Below, in pieces: positions 63,620 through 64,000 of a stretch of 64,000 nucleotides of DNA. Origin of the DNA: Octopus sinensis (Eukaryota); the NCBI RefSeq assembly GCF_006345805.1, contig NC_043005.1:80290001-80354000 (forward strand), given 5' to 3'. Made by a program: the position numbers and the translations under genes. Positions within the stretch are counted from its first letter, which is position 1; each line of letters begins with the position of its first letter. Under the pieces are notes generated by a model. It searched no databases. It had not been told where the DNA came from and saw only the letters and a program-made list of their open reading frames with translations.

Positions 63620-64000
63620 TTCTAGTAATATATCCTTGCATAGTCTTCTGTTCATATAGGCTCATCCTTTCATGTGATGATATGTTGCGGTAGAGTCGTG
63701 CGACGTCTTTGGGCATGTATCTTATGTTAACAGACAAAGAATATTGCTCAAGGAGCTGCCTTCCAAGTCTATAATGTTATCAGCCTCATGTACGCAACTT
63801 GGTCAAGTGATGCACATCAACACTTGGTGGTTAAAAGATCTTGCCGAAGGGATATGCGACATTCAAAGGTAATTTGGATCGATGTTATGCATCTGCCGCC
63901 ATTTTTTCGTTTTATGTAAAGGCGGTCTACGTCACAGTCTACATGGAAATTATATGTCCTTGGTAGTATTATTCGGGTTTTCCTATCAATAGCTCAGATC
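63620..64000 (-). mobile_element. R4-like LINE fragment (post-RT region)
   Basis: YNFHVDCDVDRLYIKRKNGGRCITSIQITFECRI and LYEQKTMQGYITRK. Confidence 0.78.

Overview
AT-rich, repeat-saturated eukaryotic DNA, most likely cephalopod (Octopus-like, inferred from its SINE, LINE and microsatellite repertoire), with one 100-N scaffold gap. I recognise no intact cellular protein-coding gene, rRNA, true tRNA or CRISPR array. Nearly all ORFs in the supplied track are microsatellite translations. The window contains: (TA)n/(CA)n/(TAA)n microsatellites; five tRNA-headed SINE-like families (my labels A-E); several R4/Dong-like RLE-endonuclease LINE remnants, including two stacked ~2.4-2.8 kb copies with long RT ORFs; two Penelope-like element (PLE) remnants; an RTE 3' end; a deleted mariner; and several MITEs. 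A few isolated candidate exons suggest it may be intronic. The most notable signal is a set of type I hammerhead ribozyme motifs. One fully canonical motif has an unusually branched helix II (21433-21514, minus). One family combines a tRNA/pol III head, (AAT)n and a hammerhead (62701-63040). A PLE-linked family shows a CUGUnGA core variant in three copies. Most boundaries of degenerate repeats are approximate (tens of bp).
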